64,000 nt of DNA from contig CT868252.1 of assembly GCA_000165425.1 (NCBI GenBank), positions 62,001 through 126,000 on the forward strand, given 5' to 3'. The position numbers were made by a program, and so were the translations under genes. The stretch comes from Paramecium tetraurelia. Its lineage: Eukaryota. Under the pieces are notes generated by a model. The model was not told the DNA's origin. It saw nothing but the letters and a program-made list of their open reading frames with translations, and did no database searches. Below are positions 27,529 through 40,555 of this stretch, in pieces (the first letter of the stretch is position 1; each line of letters opens with the position of its first letter).

Positions 27529-28957
27529 TCAATCATTTTGCTCGTCATTCTCTTCAGCAATTTCTTCAGGATACTCATTCTCTCCCTCCTCTCCTTCTTC
27601 GTTTAGTTGTTCAGGATCAATTCCAAATAGATGTAAATTTTGCTATTATTAATAATTATTGGATACACTAAATATTTCTCTAAATTAATTATTTTCATTA
27701 GCTAACTTTTCAACTTCTTCTTATAATTATTGTTTTTCATCACTCATATGTTGATAGAGCTATTTAAAATTCTCAATTAAGTCTAAATTTAAAATGAAAT
27801 GCTTACCTTCCAATTTGTGAATTTCCTCATCCTTAGCTTCTAATTATTGTCCCAACTCTTATATAACTTCATCTTTCTCGTTGTCTTAACTCTTTGCTGA
27901 CTTCTTATTTGATGACTGTTGTTTTTGCTTAGTATTGCTTGCCAATCTATCTTATAATTCATTAACAGCCTCTTAGTTGTCCTGTAATTATTGTTGCAAT
28001 TGTTCTATAATTTGATCTTTCATGGATGATTCCTATTATAGTTACTCCATCATGGATTGAATGTCTTCCTAATGAGGTGAAAGTATTTAATACTAAATTA
28101 TATTCTTAAGCTATATTTTCTAACTCCTATGTTTTCTCCTTCAAAACTCTTTCCAACATTTTGATTTAATCTTATGATTGTTTTTTAACTTTATTAACTT
28201 CATCTTATAAATGCTTGTTTGCTTAACTAAGTTTATTGTTCAAATTTCTATTTTCATCTGTTAATTATTAAATTTTCTCTCTATCATCTTGTGATCTTTA
28301 TTCGTAATCCTTCTCAACCTTTTATCTAAGTATTACTATCAATGTTTTACAATTTTCTTTGGAATTCCTTCTCCTTGTCTCTTGCTTGAGAGAGTTCAAC
28401 TCTCAATCTTTCTGCTTATTGTTGCTCTTCCTTTAGTTAATTAATAATTGACTGAGAGCCTCTGTCTTGATCAAGATTGAATTTCTGGTTGGATGAATAG
28501 GGCCTTTAATCACCTGATAAATATTACTAATCAACTCTTTTATCATTACTATCGATCTTTTTCTCTAAATAGTCATGTTTGTTGTTGACTCTATTGACAT
28601 CTAAGGTTTTAGAGTAATCTTGTTTTTTAGAATCATTGCTCAAATAATCTTTGGTTGGCACCTGACCAGTTGGTTTGATTTCATTTTTTTTGAAAGAATT
28701 TTTCTAATCGTTTTTCTGAGGAACAGGAACAATGCTTTAGTTTTTCTAGTACATTTCTAAATTGTGAATTAAGGTATTATACCCTAATAAGGTATAATTT
28801 CTGTTTTGTGTTACTAATCTATTGGACCCGATCGATTGTGAATTTGGGAATCACATGAGTAGCATAATCGAAATGTTTACCCATATCTGCATTGATTGCA
28901 CTTGATCGTAGCAGGTCTTTATTGACATTTCTAACATTTAACAAAGAGAGATTGCAT
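27529..28957 (-). CDS. B-box zinc-finger plus coiled-coil protein with acidic tail
   Basis: CQKCQQRPATIKCNQC...LCYSCDSQIH...QH B-box, long Q/E/K coiled coil, EEGEEGENEYPEE tail. Confidence 0.8.
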
Positions 28958-29190
28958 ATCTATTTTATTCCAAATTTTGAAAATATAAATACTGTATAAG
29001 TTATTAATAAAACAAATTTGAATTTTATTTTCTAATTCAATTCATATATCTATTACATCTAAATGATATATCTCTTGGAACGGAACTGTTGAATGGAAGT
29101 CCAAAAATTATGGAACCAAAAATAGAATTAATTCATTTATTTAAGAAATGCTACAATAATTACCTAATTTAATATATTAATATATATTAT

Positions 29191-30207
29191 ATGATAAATA
29201 AAATCAAAGAGTACATGTCAAACACACAACCAGTGGTTGATGCCTTGAAGGATCTGCATATATATTCAAACGACAATCAATTTCAATCTCAATAACTTAT
29301 ATCAAATAGATTAAGATCATTCTTTGAAACTTAATAAAGTAAGGTATGGTTTGTAGACAATAATTTAGAAACTGTTTTTGTAGTCATTGTTTGAAGTAGT
29401 ATAAAAAGAGAGTGTTTAGGAAGGGAATTTGTAAAGAAAATTTAAAATTTTATTATTGCTTCACATCATCCTTAGTTCATAAGTTGGGCGTTCAGAATTA
29501 TCAAAAATCCTAATATCCAAACAAGTGAATTTAAAAACCCAAAATCCAATATCATCAAAATTGGGTGTAGTCTGTCAACATTATTATCATTATCTATATA
29601 AATTGGCATCTCAAACTACATTTATTAATGAGGAAGTGGTTGATGGAGACTTGCTCATTTATTTTACTCTATCAAATTAATGCTATATTGGAATGGGCAT
29701 GCAAAAGATAATTGAAAACGTTGATTCATTCCAAACTAATCCGTTATTGGCTAATATTATCAAGTTCATCTATTATGATTTACAGGATATCTTTATCTTC
29801 ATCTTGAAAGACATTAAATGTCTAATAGAGAATAAAGAAGAAACCAAGTATTCAAGGGAATAAATGTTAGAACTCTACAAAGAAGTAATGTAAATTATAT
29901 TAATAAACTCTAGTGTTAGGTCTTATAAAAAAGAATGCTAGACTTCTATCGCTTCAACAGACATTTCGATCACTTTCAACAGATAATGCCTCCCTATTCT
30001 CTGGCCATTAATAAGGAATCAATAGGCAAACTATTAAATAGTCAGCCCAAGATGAATTCTTTGCAATAAATTATGAACTAGCAGGAAAGTCATCATCTTC
30101 ATAAATAGTAGCCACAAACTTCAAAATAGAAGAATTCCATAAAATTTGAGTTTAAAGAAATGAAAAGACAATAGTCAGATTCAATTTAATTTTCATTCTC
30201 AAATTGA
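29191..30207 (+). CDS. Hypothetical protein, possibly ENTH/ANTH-like helical domain
   Basis: MINKIKEYMSNTQPVVDALKDL..., RKFKILLLLHIIL resembles the ANTH K-x-L-x-x-x-H-x-x-L helix; TGA 30205-30207. Confidence 0.5.
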
Positions 30208-30264
30208 TTTTTGTAATGAGTTATAAATGCTTTTATGTAATGTACTTTATTTATAATATCATTT

Positions 30265-31263
30265 TCATTTCTTGGCTTTGGTGGTGGTGGTTGGAGCTTT
30301 TTGAGTTGGTTATGGAGCAGTCTTAGCTGGAGCAGTCTTGGCTGGAGCAGTTGTTTTAGCTGGAGCTGCAGCTTTGGCATCTGAACTTAAGCTTTAGTTT
30401 GAGTGGCTTATTTACCAACTTAAGCTGGTTTGGATGTAGCCTTGGTATCCTTAGCCTTAAAAATTGATGTTACTGATTACCTTTGGTTATTCTTTAACCT
30501 TTTCCTTGATTTCAGATGATGCTTTTCTGTGTTTCTTGTGAGCTTCGTGAACATCATGAGCTAATTTTTTATATGCTTCCAAAGCTTATTTGGCTTTGGT
30601 TCTTCTGGCTTATTCAGTCTTCTTTTGAATGGTCTTTCTTCTCAATCTTGATTCAGTAACAAGTCTTTGGATCTTTGGAGCCTTTTATCTCTTCTTTCCA
30701 TCCTTGGTGGTCCATGTTCTTCTGATGAGATTCTTTTAGACAATAGCAACACCGTCTGCTTTTTTGAATCCAAACAATCTTCTTAATTTGGTCAATCTCT
30801 TTGGACCCAATCTTCTTGGGACGTTTTGATCTGTAAGTCCAGCAATTTCATTGGCACCCTTTTTAACGACTTGTAAGGCAAGGACTCTAATGTCTTGACC
30901 GACAATGCATCCTCTAATTGATTTTCTTTTCATCTCTCCATCCTTTCTGGGTCTGTAACCTTTGTGTCCCTTTCTCATGAGAATTCTGACTCTTCCCTTG
31001 AAGAGGACTCCTTGTCTCATGGGGAAACCTTGTTTGTCGTTACCACCTGTAATCTTTAACACATATCCTTTGTACTCCTCACCCAAGTTGTCTGCTTCCA
31101 CAACTTGTCCCATTCTCTTGTCAAAGAAGATTGAGCTAAGGAATTCCATAGAAATTATTACCATTTCTTGTCATCATCAATTTCGACTGTCTGATTGTGG
31201 CACCAGTCAAGGGATAGGAAGTATTGAACTAAACAAAGTATATTTTGTATATGTTACCTTCAT
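30265..31263 (-). pseudogene. RPS6: 40S ribosomal protein S6 with two apparent frameshifts (young pseudogene or assembly errors)
   Basis: [37 protein letters not shown]...[16 protein letters not shown]...RKSIRGCIV...PRRLGPKR; frame breaks at ~31191-31198 and ~30381-30386. Identity is certain, pseudogene status is not. Confidence 0.75.
30313..30370 (-). repeat. 15-nt tandem repeat encoding (AKTAP)n in the RPS6 tail
   Basis: + strand tggagcagtcttagc tggagcagtcttggc tggagcagttgttttagc tggagctgca. Confidence 0.85.
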
Positions 31264-31379
31264 AAAAATCTTTGGATTTTTTAAATTAGATTTAAAATTA
31301 TGTGTTTCACAATTTAATATTATCAAAGAGAGCACCACATCAATAAGTATATATAAATTAAATACATAAAACTAAAGAA

Positions 31380-32948
31380 TCAAAGGCATTGATATTGTAT
31401 TTTCACAATGTTCCAATCTTGCCTACTTGCCTAATTAGCACAATAGTTGCACACAAATTAATATTTCAAGTTCTTGTCAACCAAAACATGAGATATCAAT
31501 TCTTTAAAGCACAATACACATTTAAAGTACAAATTTGGACTCAAAGCCTATTACTCCATTTCAAACTACACCAATTTTGGCAGCACTTAAAAATTCGTAT
31601 GGTCAACAAACTCCTCTTCCAAAGTGCCCTTTATCAATAAACGATGTATATTTGGATTGCACTCTTTTATTTTAATCACTCCACAACAATGAGATTTCTG
31701 ATCACAATAATAGCATTCTCTCATCATATCTGCACAACCACTGCAATATCTAACATGTCCACACGGTATCATCACAGTGTCAATCATAGCCATCTTGCAA
31801 GATCTACATCTGCAGATGAACTTTCTCAATGTCTCATTTTCTTCGATAAACTACTATTCAAATCCATAGGTAGGAATCAACAATACAGGGGAAAGTGCCA
31901 CCTTCGGAATTTGACGAACAATACCTAAGGCTATGATTTAAGAATTTAAATTTGAGAAACTTATGATATTCGGCCATCTACTTAAACTCATTAATTGTCT
32001 TTTAACTGAGAATTGCAAAGTAATCGACAACTTTTTCTGCTTTTTCTCAATTGTGACAGCCTTCTTCCAATTATTAATTTAATAGAAAAAATCACTACAC
32101 ATAAGGGGTTTTTCCTGAATTGGGAGTTAGGAAAAGACTTCAATATGGATTTCACCCAAAAGAATTTAATTATAACATCCTACATTCCCTTCTTAAAATT
32201 ATATCTTTTTATCAATTGTTATCTCAACTATCATACCCTACAAGGCCAATGCTATTTCTCGATTGAAAGATACGATCTTCTAAATTATTATCGCTTCTTT
32301 GTCAATATATAATTTTTGCCCTTTGAATAAGGCTCCATTGAATACAACAACCTCTGCACTTACATTATCAATCACATTTGTCACAACAAAGTTTGTTTCT
32401 AAATACTTAGTTTCTAAATCTGGATTTAAAGGCAGTTTTTAGATTAAATCAAAACTGAACCTTTCATTTGTTGCATATGTAAAATTTGTAACAAGTTTAT
32501 TTTAATCAGATGCATTTATGATTTATTACTCAATTTCCTTTAGAATTATTTTGAATATCTCAATTTAATCATCTGTTTCTAACACAATTAGCATTTATTC
32601 AAACTAAAGCAACATACATAATTTGAGTAATTTTATGGGATTCAATGGTTTTTATCTTAAATCCATTTGGTAAGTGTCTAAATCACTTTTTGAAAGAAAA
32701 AACACAGCATTCTTAAAAGGGTACAACATCTAATAGTATGTTGAAATATGAATTTATAGCTTAAATCCAGTTTCTTAAATTTCAGGTATTACGATTCTTG
32801 CAAATAGTTTGTCTTTCTTACTTTGATATGCATTAAATCGATCTCTTTGGATAATTTTATTTTATAGCAATACTTATAAATATGAATTCATTGAGCCTAC
32901 CATTGCACAATATCGATATCTGCTTAGTTTTTTATTCTTTTTGTTCAT
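31380..32948 (-). CDS. RING-finger (C3HC4, IAP/MDM2-like) protein
   Basis: CRSCKMAMIDTVMIPCGHVRYCSGCADMMRECYYCDQ plus a degenerate second Cys cluster; start may lie further upstream. Confidence 0.75.
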
Positions 32949-33193
32949 TATTCCTTTCAAAATGATATTTTTATTATTGCTTTATAAAAGAAATTATTAT
33001 AAGTATAATTATACCTCGTATATAAATTTGATTTAAGTATATAAATAATATTAAATTCCGATTAAATACTAAGTATTTATAGACTTTATTATAAATCAAC
33101 TTGATATATTTGTTTTCATTAGTATTTGCTAAGGTTATTGAGTTTAAGGCATATAAGTTCGAGTTTTATATTTTTATTTTAATATTAATTTTA

Positions 33194-33469
33194 ATGGGAT
33201 GCTTTGAGTCAAGAAAGTAAACATTTGAGTAAGAACCCACAATGACTGAAAAAGATGAAAGTATTAAAATGTGGATATTCTGTTAGATAATAACATTTAA
33301 TTAGTTAGTTGTTCTTTTTCAGAAAGTGTCATTAGTTAAAAATGAAAATAATAAGAAAGTCTAAATAGAAGAATGCAGAAATTCCATAAATAAAGTATCG
33401 ATCTAATTGAAGAAGTTAACAAGAAAATAGGGAACTTTTCAGCAAAAAATCAGATGTATCAGATTATGA
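33194..33469 (+). CDS. Small hypothetical protein with MGC N-acylation motif (91 aa)
   Basis: MGCFESRKQTFEQEPTMTEKDE... open in code 6 to TGA 33467-33469; exon structure uncertain. Confidence 0.45.
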
Positions 33470-33518
33470 ATTAGATTGATATAGTGGTGCATTTACTAAA
33501 TGTTGAATACAATTATGA

Positions 33519-36500
33519 TCATTAATTTGCTGATTCAATAATCTCTTCATATTTTTTAATGCTTAAGTTGATGTTTGCTAATTAAAGTGCCAAAGCTCCT
33601 TCAGAGTAACTGTTTAAGGACTCATAAATTGGTTTAACAATAACTTTTAAGAATCCTGCTTCATTTTTTGCATATTACACTTCGTTATCCAAATTTCGTA
33701 GATATGGCGTTTAAGCAATACCAATAATATCTTCTAATTAAGACTAAATTAAGTGATATTTCAAATTATTACTTGGGCTTAAAACTCCTTTCTTAACCTT
33801 TCACTCCAAGCTCTGGCTACTTATTATTATTTTGCTGCACCAAAGAAATCGGCTGCATGTGTTAAGAACCCACTCAATAAGAGTTTATTCTCTTCAGTTT
33901 CTTATTATTACAATATAATCATACCAAAGATTTTAGGATCTCCTTTAGATTATCCAAATCTGATTTCAATATCATTTAACAGATTAAAATGGTACTGATT
34001 GTCAGTAGCCAGAATATTATTTACAACATACTTTCTTATCGTTGTTCTATCTTATTTAGGAATCGAACCAAAAAAGTCACATTATTTGTGTGCCAATATT
34101 TTATAAGTGACTGCAACATGGTGATTTTCAAGAACTGATTTATCATTATATAGTAATGCTAACTTAGTTTAAGCATTCACTTAAAACAAATTGGTTGTTC
34201 CTGAATGATCCACATCATGACATAATCCAGCAAAAGTCATAGCAAATCTTTATAAATCTGAAAAATATGTGCCAAACTTTTAATGATGACCAAACAAATA
34301 ACAACCATGCATAACATTAACTCCATGTGTAAAATTGTGAAATGGATTCGATTTTTTATTGTACTTATATTTGAGTACTGTCAAAAAATTAATGAATTCT
34401 TTTGTGAGTAATGGGTACTATTTAATATACTCGCACATTTGAAATAGGTTATAAGCGATTATGTATTTATTTTTATACATTTTCTTATTGAGTAGATTAA
34501 ATTCATAATCTAGTAATTTTTGTTATAAATTTGGATCAATTGCAATTTTCCTAAGTTCAGGATTAGTTTTATCTTCCTCATCATACTTATTCAAAAATTG
34601 CTATAATTTTTTTGTTGCCTATTTCATAGTATAACTTCTATATTTCTCTAAGTCTTAATCATGATCTTGATTATTAGTCTAGGTAATTCTTCTTCTGTCT
34701 TGATCTGGAAGATACATTACTAAGGCTGATTGTCTAAGAAATTGATTTTCCATCATGAGTTGTTTCGATTTAAAGGCCAAAGTAGCCTTTCTAATTGTAA
34801 GTAAGATCTTCACCTTACTTCTAAATATTCTAAATAATTCTTCTAGTGGTCTATAAAAATGACATCATTCATTTACCTTTTTACTTAAATATTAAATAAG
34901 AATATGGAGATCTATTTGATTTATTGCTTAAATCCTCTTTCTATCTTTAGGGAGAACTTAAAAAACCCATCATTATATTCCAAATGATCATTGGGAGAAT
35001 CTATGATTTCCTTTACTTTTTAAATAATGGTAGGATTTTGATCAAATATTCTATAGATGGGTTCTCCATAATTAATTTCTTTCGGTAAACTATATTTTGA
35101 TCTAAATTAATTAGATTACTATTATATTACACAAATTAATCGTGGTTCCATTGAACTGTCATATAATATAGATTAAGGAAGTTGTTAAAGAATAAACACA
35201 TAATCATTTCATTATGCTGGGTAACTTATTAGAATGATTCTAATAGATCCTTTTTAGATTTGAGTTTTTTCTTATATTTTTTTATTGACTTTTTAAAAGT
35301 ACTTTTGACTTTGTCTGCTAATTGAAGGGATAGATTGCCTTCTAACTCGATGCCAATTATATCTAAATTACTTGAAAGCAGTATCAATAAATAATTGGAA
35401 ACAGTTTGTTATTTAGTTAATTCCTTTTCGAATTGACACAATAAATTTTATAAGTTAAATTACTGCATGATCTAAACTAATATTTCATACATCAATTTAT
35501 AATTATACAATTAAATGGTCTTGGAGACTAGTTATAGAATTTCATTTCTAACAGATTGCATCTTCTTTAACCCAATAATTTAATAGCCTTAATAGATTAA
35601 TGTGATAAATTTATCATAAAGAAAGGTAGCCATGAAGTATTGGGAATAGGTTTTATGAGCACTATCACTAAAAGTCAAAAAGAGGACAGCATGTTGTGAT
35701 ATAATATACTACTTAGGGAGATTGTGTGTTTTAAGTAAGGTGTAATGTTCAGTTTGAGTGGTATTGAGTTGATGAGCAGTATTTTTATGTGCCCAAGAAC
35801 TGATTTTATATTCTTCTTTAAAGAATCTGAAATCAAAATTATTGGTCAGAATAACACATTGATGTCCTTCTTCAAATTGAATCAAATAAAATTCTTCAAT
35901 ATAAAATTGTTTTAGGACTAATTTTATCAAATCTTTGATTTCTTATAAATGATGTTATGCTTTAAAACATTCTTCATAAATTTCGTTCATGTTATTCTAT
36001 ATTAATTGATATCAAATAAGTATACCTTGATATCTCTATAAAATTCTTTAATTTTCCCTTTCAATTATTGATTGATGCTGACAACTGATTCACTAATTTA
36101 ATTGATTTATAAGAGTACAAGTAAGATTTAATGATATGCTCACTTCCTGTCTTGTTGTTGAGAATGATTGAAAGTCCAGATAAGAAATCATTTTAAGACA
36201 AACCCTTTTCATAATCCACAAATAATTATTTCAATTCAACATTATCATTGATGGCATAATCACACAAACGAAGTATACTGATCAGGTGTTATTAATTTCT
36301 TATTTTTCAGACTGATTAGTAGAGCAGTTAATCGACTTGATTGGGCCAAATAACTCATATTTATATTGTATTATTTTATAAACAATTACTAACAATATAA
36401 AAGAAAAACAAAGAAGCCAAGTAAACTATCAAAGAGACTACAGAACAACAAAGCCTAATGGATTATTTAAAATAAATATGAGTTTAACTTAAAAACAAAT

Positions 36501-37685
36501 CTCATTGCTAAATTGACCTCTCCCTAACTGAATTAATTTTATTCACCATATTTTATCTCCAATTCCTTATCTTTGGAGTGAGCAACTCCTGATCAAATTA
36601 TTAATAATCACTAGAAGATTATTAAATATGAGATACTGTTTGAATGTAGTCATAAATTAACCCTAAAAGGAAGGTGTCGGAAGAACTTGGTTGATTCTTT
36701 ATTCAGCATTCGATGGATAGAAATCAATCGAGGCTCTCTCCTTAGTGAAGAAGATATCGGAGTTGGAAATGGGATTTCTATATAAGGATATTAAAATACA
36801 ATTTAGAATAACTATTTTTAAAATTGGGCAATCGTTCATATTTTTGATGCCATTTGTAATCTTGATTGTAATTGGAATTTCCATTTAGTTGCAATTTTCC
36901 AGTGGTTGAACTAGAGGGTGCTTTCATGATTTCAGGTTTTTCAGGTGATTTAAAATTAATGTGATTAGCCTAAAGATTACAAAATTAATGAACACTTTAT
37001 ATGTAGTTAGAGCAGCCATCGCTAGAACACTCCTTTCTGAGGTAGGTTTGAATGATTGGATAATGTCATTTTGAGTTGGTTTCTAATAATACTATTTGTA
37101 AGTAGTTGTATTTTAATTCTGCGAACTGTATATTTTATAATCTTCATATATCCTTGAGTCAATTCCTATTTTTCGATCTGCTGATTTTAAAGTAAAATCT
37201 TTGGAATACTAAGTTTACAGCTTTTGAGGCAAAACTAAACGTGACATATTCAAGTCTCCAATGCCTCTTTCCTATAAATATAATCCCAATAAGTTATATA
37301 AATAATCTTTGTTGTCTTCCAATAATTTCTCAATTGTCGTTTCTTGCAATAATTCTGGAGGTATGATTTCTAACCAAATTGGGTCAGTGGAGGGTATTTC
37401 AACACCATCAAATAAATCCTATGATATGCAAGGGATGGGGTTCGAAATTTGAGAAGGTACAACGCTATTCGACTTAATTGATATTGCATCAGACTTATCT
37501 GTTTTCTGTGACTTGTCTCCTTTTGATGCGATATCTTAATTCCCCTTTTGAGGAAATTGATTTAATGTGCTGTTGTTTATTTGCTTATTCTTTCTTTTCA
37601 AAAGAACAGTTTTTCGAGAGAGTTGAGGTCCTATAATGTTCGGAGTATTATTGGATAGAACTAATCGTAATTAATCTGATATCAT
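33519..37685 (-). CDS. Class I 3',5'-cyclic nucleotide phosphodiesterase with long N-terminal region
   Basis: NPFHNFTHG, LCHDVDHSGTTN, LYNDKSVLENHH, ILATD, HAAD at 33500-34450; upstream exons traced only partly to ATG 37685, so the single-gene model is less sure. Confidence 0.85.
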
Positions 37686-38005
37686 ATTTATTTGATATTT
37701 AATGTTCAACTTTTGATTAGATTTAATAAGATAATATCATGAAAATCATTGTATAGCGATAAAATCAGGATAATTCAATAAACACAATTACAAATTTTTC
37801 TGATTTATGTTGATAGTGATTTGAGATGTAAAGAGATAAAATTGAAAGATTTTGAATGGATTATTCGAAGTAACTTCACTAAATATCTGTTAGATGGTTG
37901 GATTATATTGAGAATTTAAGTATTATAAAGAATGAGTGTAGAATAATTATTACATTTCTATACAAACTTATTATTATTTTAATAATTAGAAAAACGACTT
38001 ACATA

Positions 38006-38245
38006 ATGAAAGTCTTAATTGCCTTGTTCTTAATATCATTGGTGTTAGCCGAGCCAAATCTGGTTGGACAAGAATCATAAGCTAAAATTCATACTTTTTT
38101 AGGGAAGGAGAACTGCAGTGATTGCGAAGTAAAAGGAGGTTCATATTGTGAAATCAGAACAAATACTTATGTGTGTTGCAGAAGCGATGATCATTGTCAA
38201 AAAGGAGTGGGGTGCTTATAAGCATTTACTGGCATCATATGTTGA
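38006..38245 (+). CDS. Small secreted cysteine-rich peptide precursor (79 aa, 8 Cys)
   Basis: MKVLIALFLISLVLA-EPNLVGQESQAKIHTFLGKENCSDCEVKGGSYCEIRTNTYVCCRSDDHCQKGVGCLQAFTGIIC-TGA; intronless, GC-richer than flanks. Confidence 0.8.
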
Positions 38246-38298
38246 AATCATCATCTTATATTAAATATATATAAATAAATATAAATAATATATGCATT

Positions 38299-39669
38299 TC
38301 ATATATTAAAAAAATCAATCATTTAATTAATTTCAACATCTGAGCAATACCAAAGGTTATTCAGTTAATCATCACGAGTAGACATACTTTCATTCTTAAA
38401 AGGTTGAATTTCAACAACAGCCTATTTACCTTCTTTCAAGAATCGTTTGTCTAAATTTTCATAGTTTTCTTGAGATAGTTGGTTCTAGTTGGCTTTATCG
38501 AGTTATTACTCTAATTCTTAATCACTCTCTTCGATTTGAATATCTTCCTCTATGACTTCTTCGACGTCCTCCTCAAAATCTTATTTGTATTTCTCACTCA
38601 AGACCTCATAGGTTGATTAATTTAAATCTGACTATTCCATTAGTTTACTGGACTTCAAATACTCAATTTATTTTTGTAATTCAAAAATCCTTTCATCTTT
38701 TTATTAAAGTAACTCAAGAGAATTCTCATAAAGATTATTCAAACAAAAGATGGGAGTATGTATTTTCATATCATATCTTTTGTATTTCTTCTTGCAATAT
38801 TAACAAAAGATGTCCTTAAATTCACATAACTCAAGATGTTCATTAAATTCAATAGCTTATTGCTTTTCTTGACACCATTCGCATAAAATAGGTCTACATG
38901 GACATTCATATAACTAAATTACATACGAGTTAATACATGCGATTCTATTTCCATTCTTAGTTTATCCTCTGAACAATATTTACATTGAACACTCCCATAT
39001 TAACATTCCAAATAGTGATCTTCAAGATCCTTACGAAACATAATCTCCTCACACCCTTAATTTGGACAATCTAATTGCTAATATTAACAATAATTATTCT
39101 CGTGTTTCTCACGAAAGTCATAAGTGATAATTTCTTCACAGCCATCTTGCTAATTATTTAAAAAATATATACACTATATCTGCATGTTAAAAGTAATTTA
39201 CTTAATAATTTGAGTAGTACTTTTGGTACTTTTCCTTCCATAATCCCTAAATTTTAATAAGCATTACTGTGAGAGATTTTACTCTTTCGACAACATGGAC
39301 ATTATTGATTTGAATTTTAAAACCTAAATTTTGAGCAATACCAAAATACCATTTTTCAATACATCTACCACAAAAGCTTTGATCGCATTCTTTACATACC
39401 CTCGGATTAACTATTATTTGACAACATATTGGACAAATAACTTCATCCAAAAATACTTTGACTTCTGCATAGTTAAATATTCTGCTTTGATCAATCACAT
39501 CATCTTCTTCTTCCTCATCTTCATTCTTTGATGAGATTGAGTGACTTGGAGTATGATAAAAATGATTAGCAAACAATTCGTCTTGGTAGACATCTACATC
39601 ATCGTCTGAAACAGAAACAGGCTCTGACACGTTCTCTTCTGATTCTTCAAAGTCATATGGATAATACAT
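38299..39669 (-). CDS. RING plus TRAF-type zinc-finger protein
   Basis: Acidic N-terminus, CPICCQIIVNPRVCKECDQSFCGRCIEKW, then repeated C-x2-C...H-x3-C units. Confidence 0.85.
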
Positions 39670-39771
39670 TTGTCTTTAATTAAAATAAATTTAATATTGC
39701 ATCTTGCCTTCTCCCAAACCAATAAAATTTATAATACATAATTATTTTATAATAAATTATATTATTTTTAA

Positions 39772-40500
39772 ATGAATTGAATTCGAACGACTCATTCCAT
39801 CAAATACTTAATACAAAAACTTACCTTAATACTAAACAAAAAACAACGTTTTGTGGTCATTATAAATTTGATAGATTATATTATACTAGAGGAGAATTTA
39901 TTCTTATAAGCCATAAATAAACTTATTCAAACTTCGAAATATCTTTAAATCTAAGGTTGTTGTAAACTTTACTTAATAGTCTTGCCCTTTATGTTAAATA
40001 TAAAATATACCTATGTTCATATAAAATAAATAGTAGCTGGTTATTTTAGTTTCAAAAAAAATCATAAAGTACTTGATTCTATAGTATTTTGTCATGCAAT
40101 CAAATTCTGAAAAAGTACTTTTAGCTAATTTAATCTCATTTATTATTATTTCAATGGATGTAAATTTGAACATGGTCTACCTACCAAATAGAATCCAAAG
40201 TATAATACTATCATAGATATGTATTATATTTTATTTGAAACATAATGAAATTCAACCTATCAATTAAATGTATAATCAAGAATCTCAATCTCTTTTTAGA
40301 ATTGTAAATATTAATGAAATAATTATATTTCTATTAGAAAGAAACTCTTTAGAATTATATATTATTGATTAAAGGATTATTTTCAAAATATAAATGGAAT
40401 AATGAACAATTCGATTATTAGACATTCGAAAAAAGAACAGATATATTAAGATAATGATAGTGAAGACTATTCATCCTCAAGGAGCCAATAAATTTTTTGA
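39772..40500 (+). pseudogene. Degenerate coding-like sequence
   Basis: ATG followed by TGA two codons later, fragments such as SCPLCQ and a plausible terminus YQDNDSEDYSSSRSQQIF-TGA; no consistent frame found. Confidence 0.25.
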
Positions 40501-40555
40501 TATGATTTTATTACGCATCTTGTATATTAAAAATTGATTAAGCAACTTATATATA

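Noticed and set aside
30381..31198. Euplotes-style programmed ribosomal frameshifting in RPS6
   Set aside because: Breaks are not at AAA-TAR-type sites and TAR is Gln here; indels or errors are simpler
5042..37685. cAMP/folate signalling gene cluster (GPCR, TmcB-like, BT1, PDE)
   Set aside because: Genes are 10-30 kb apart, interleaved with unrelated loci and from large families; proximity is expected by chance
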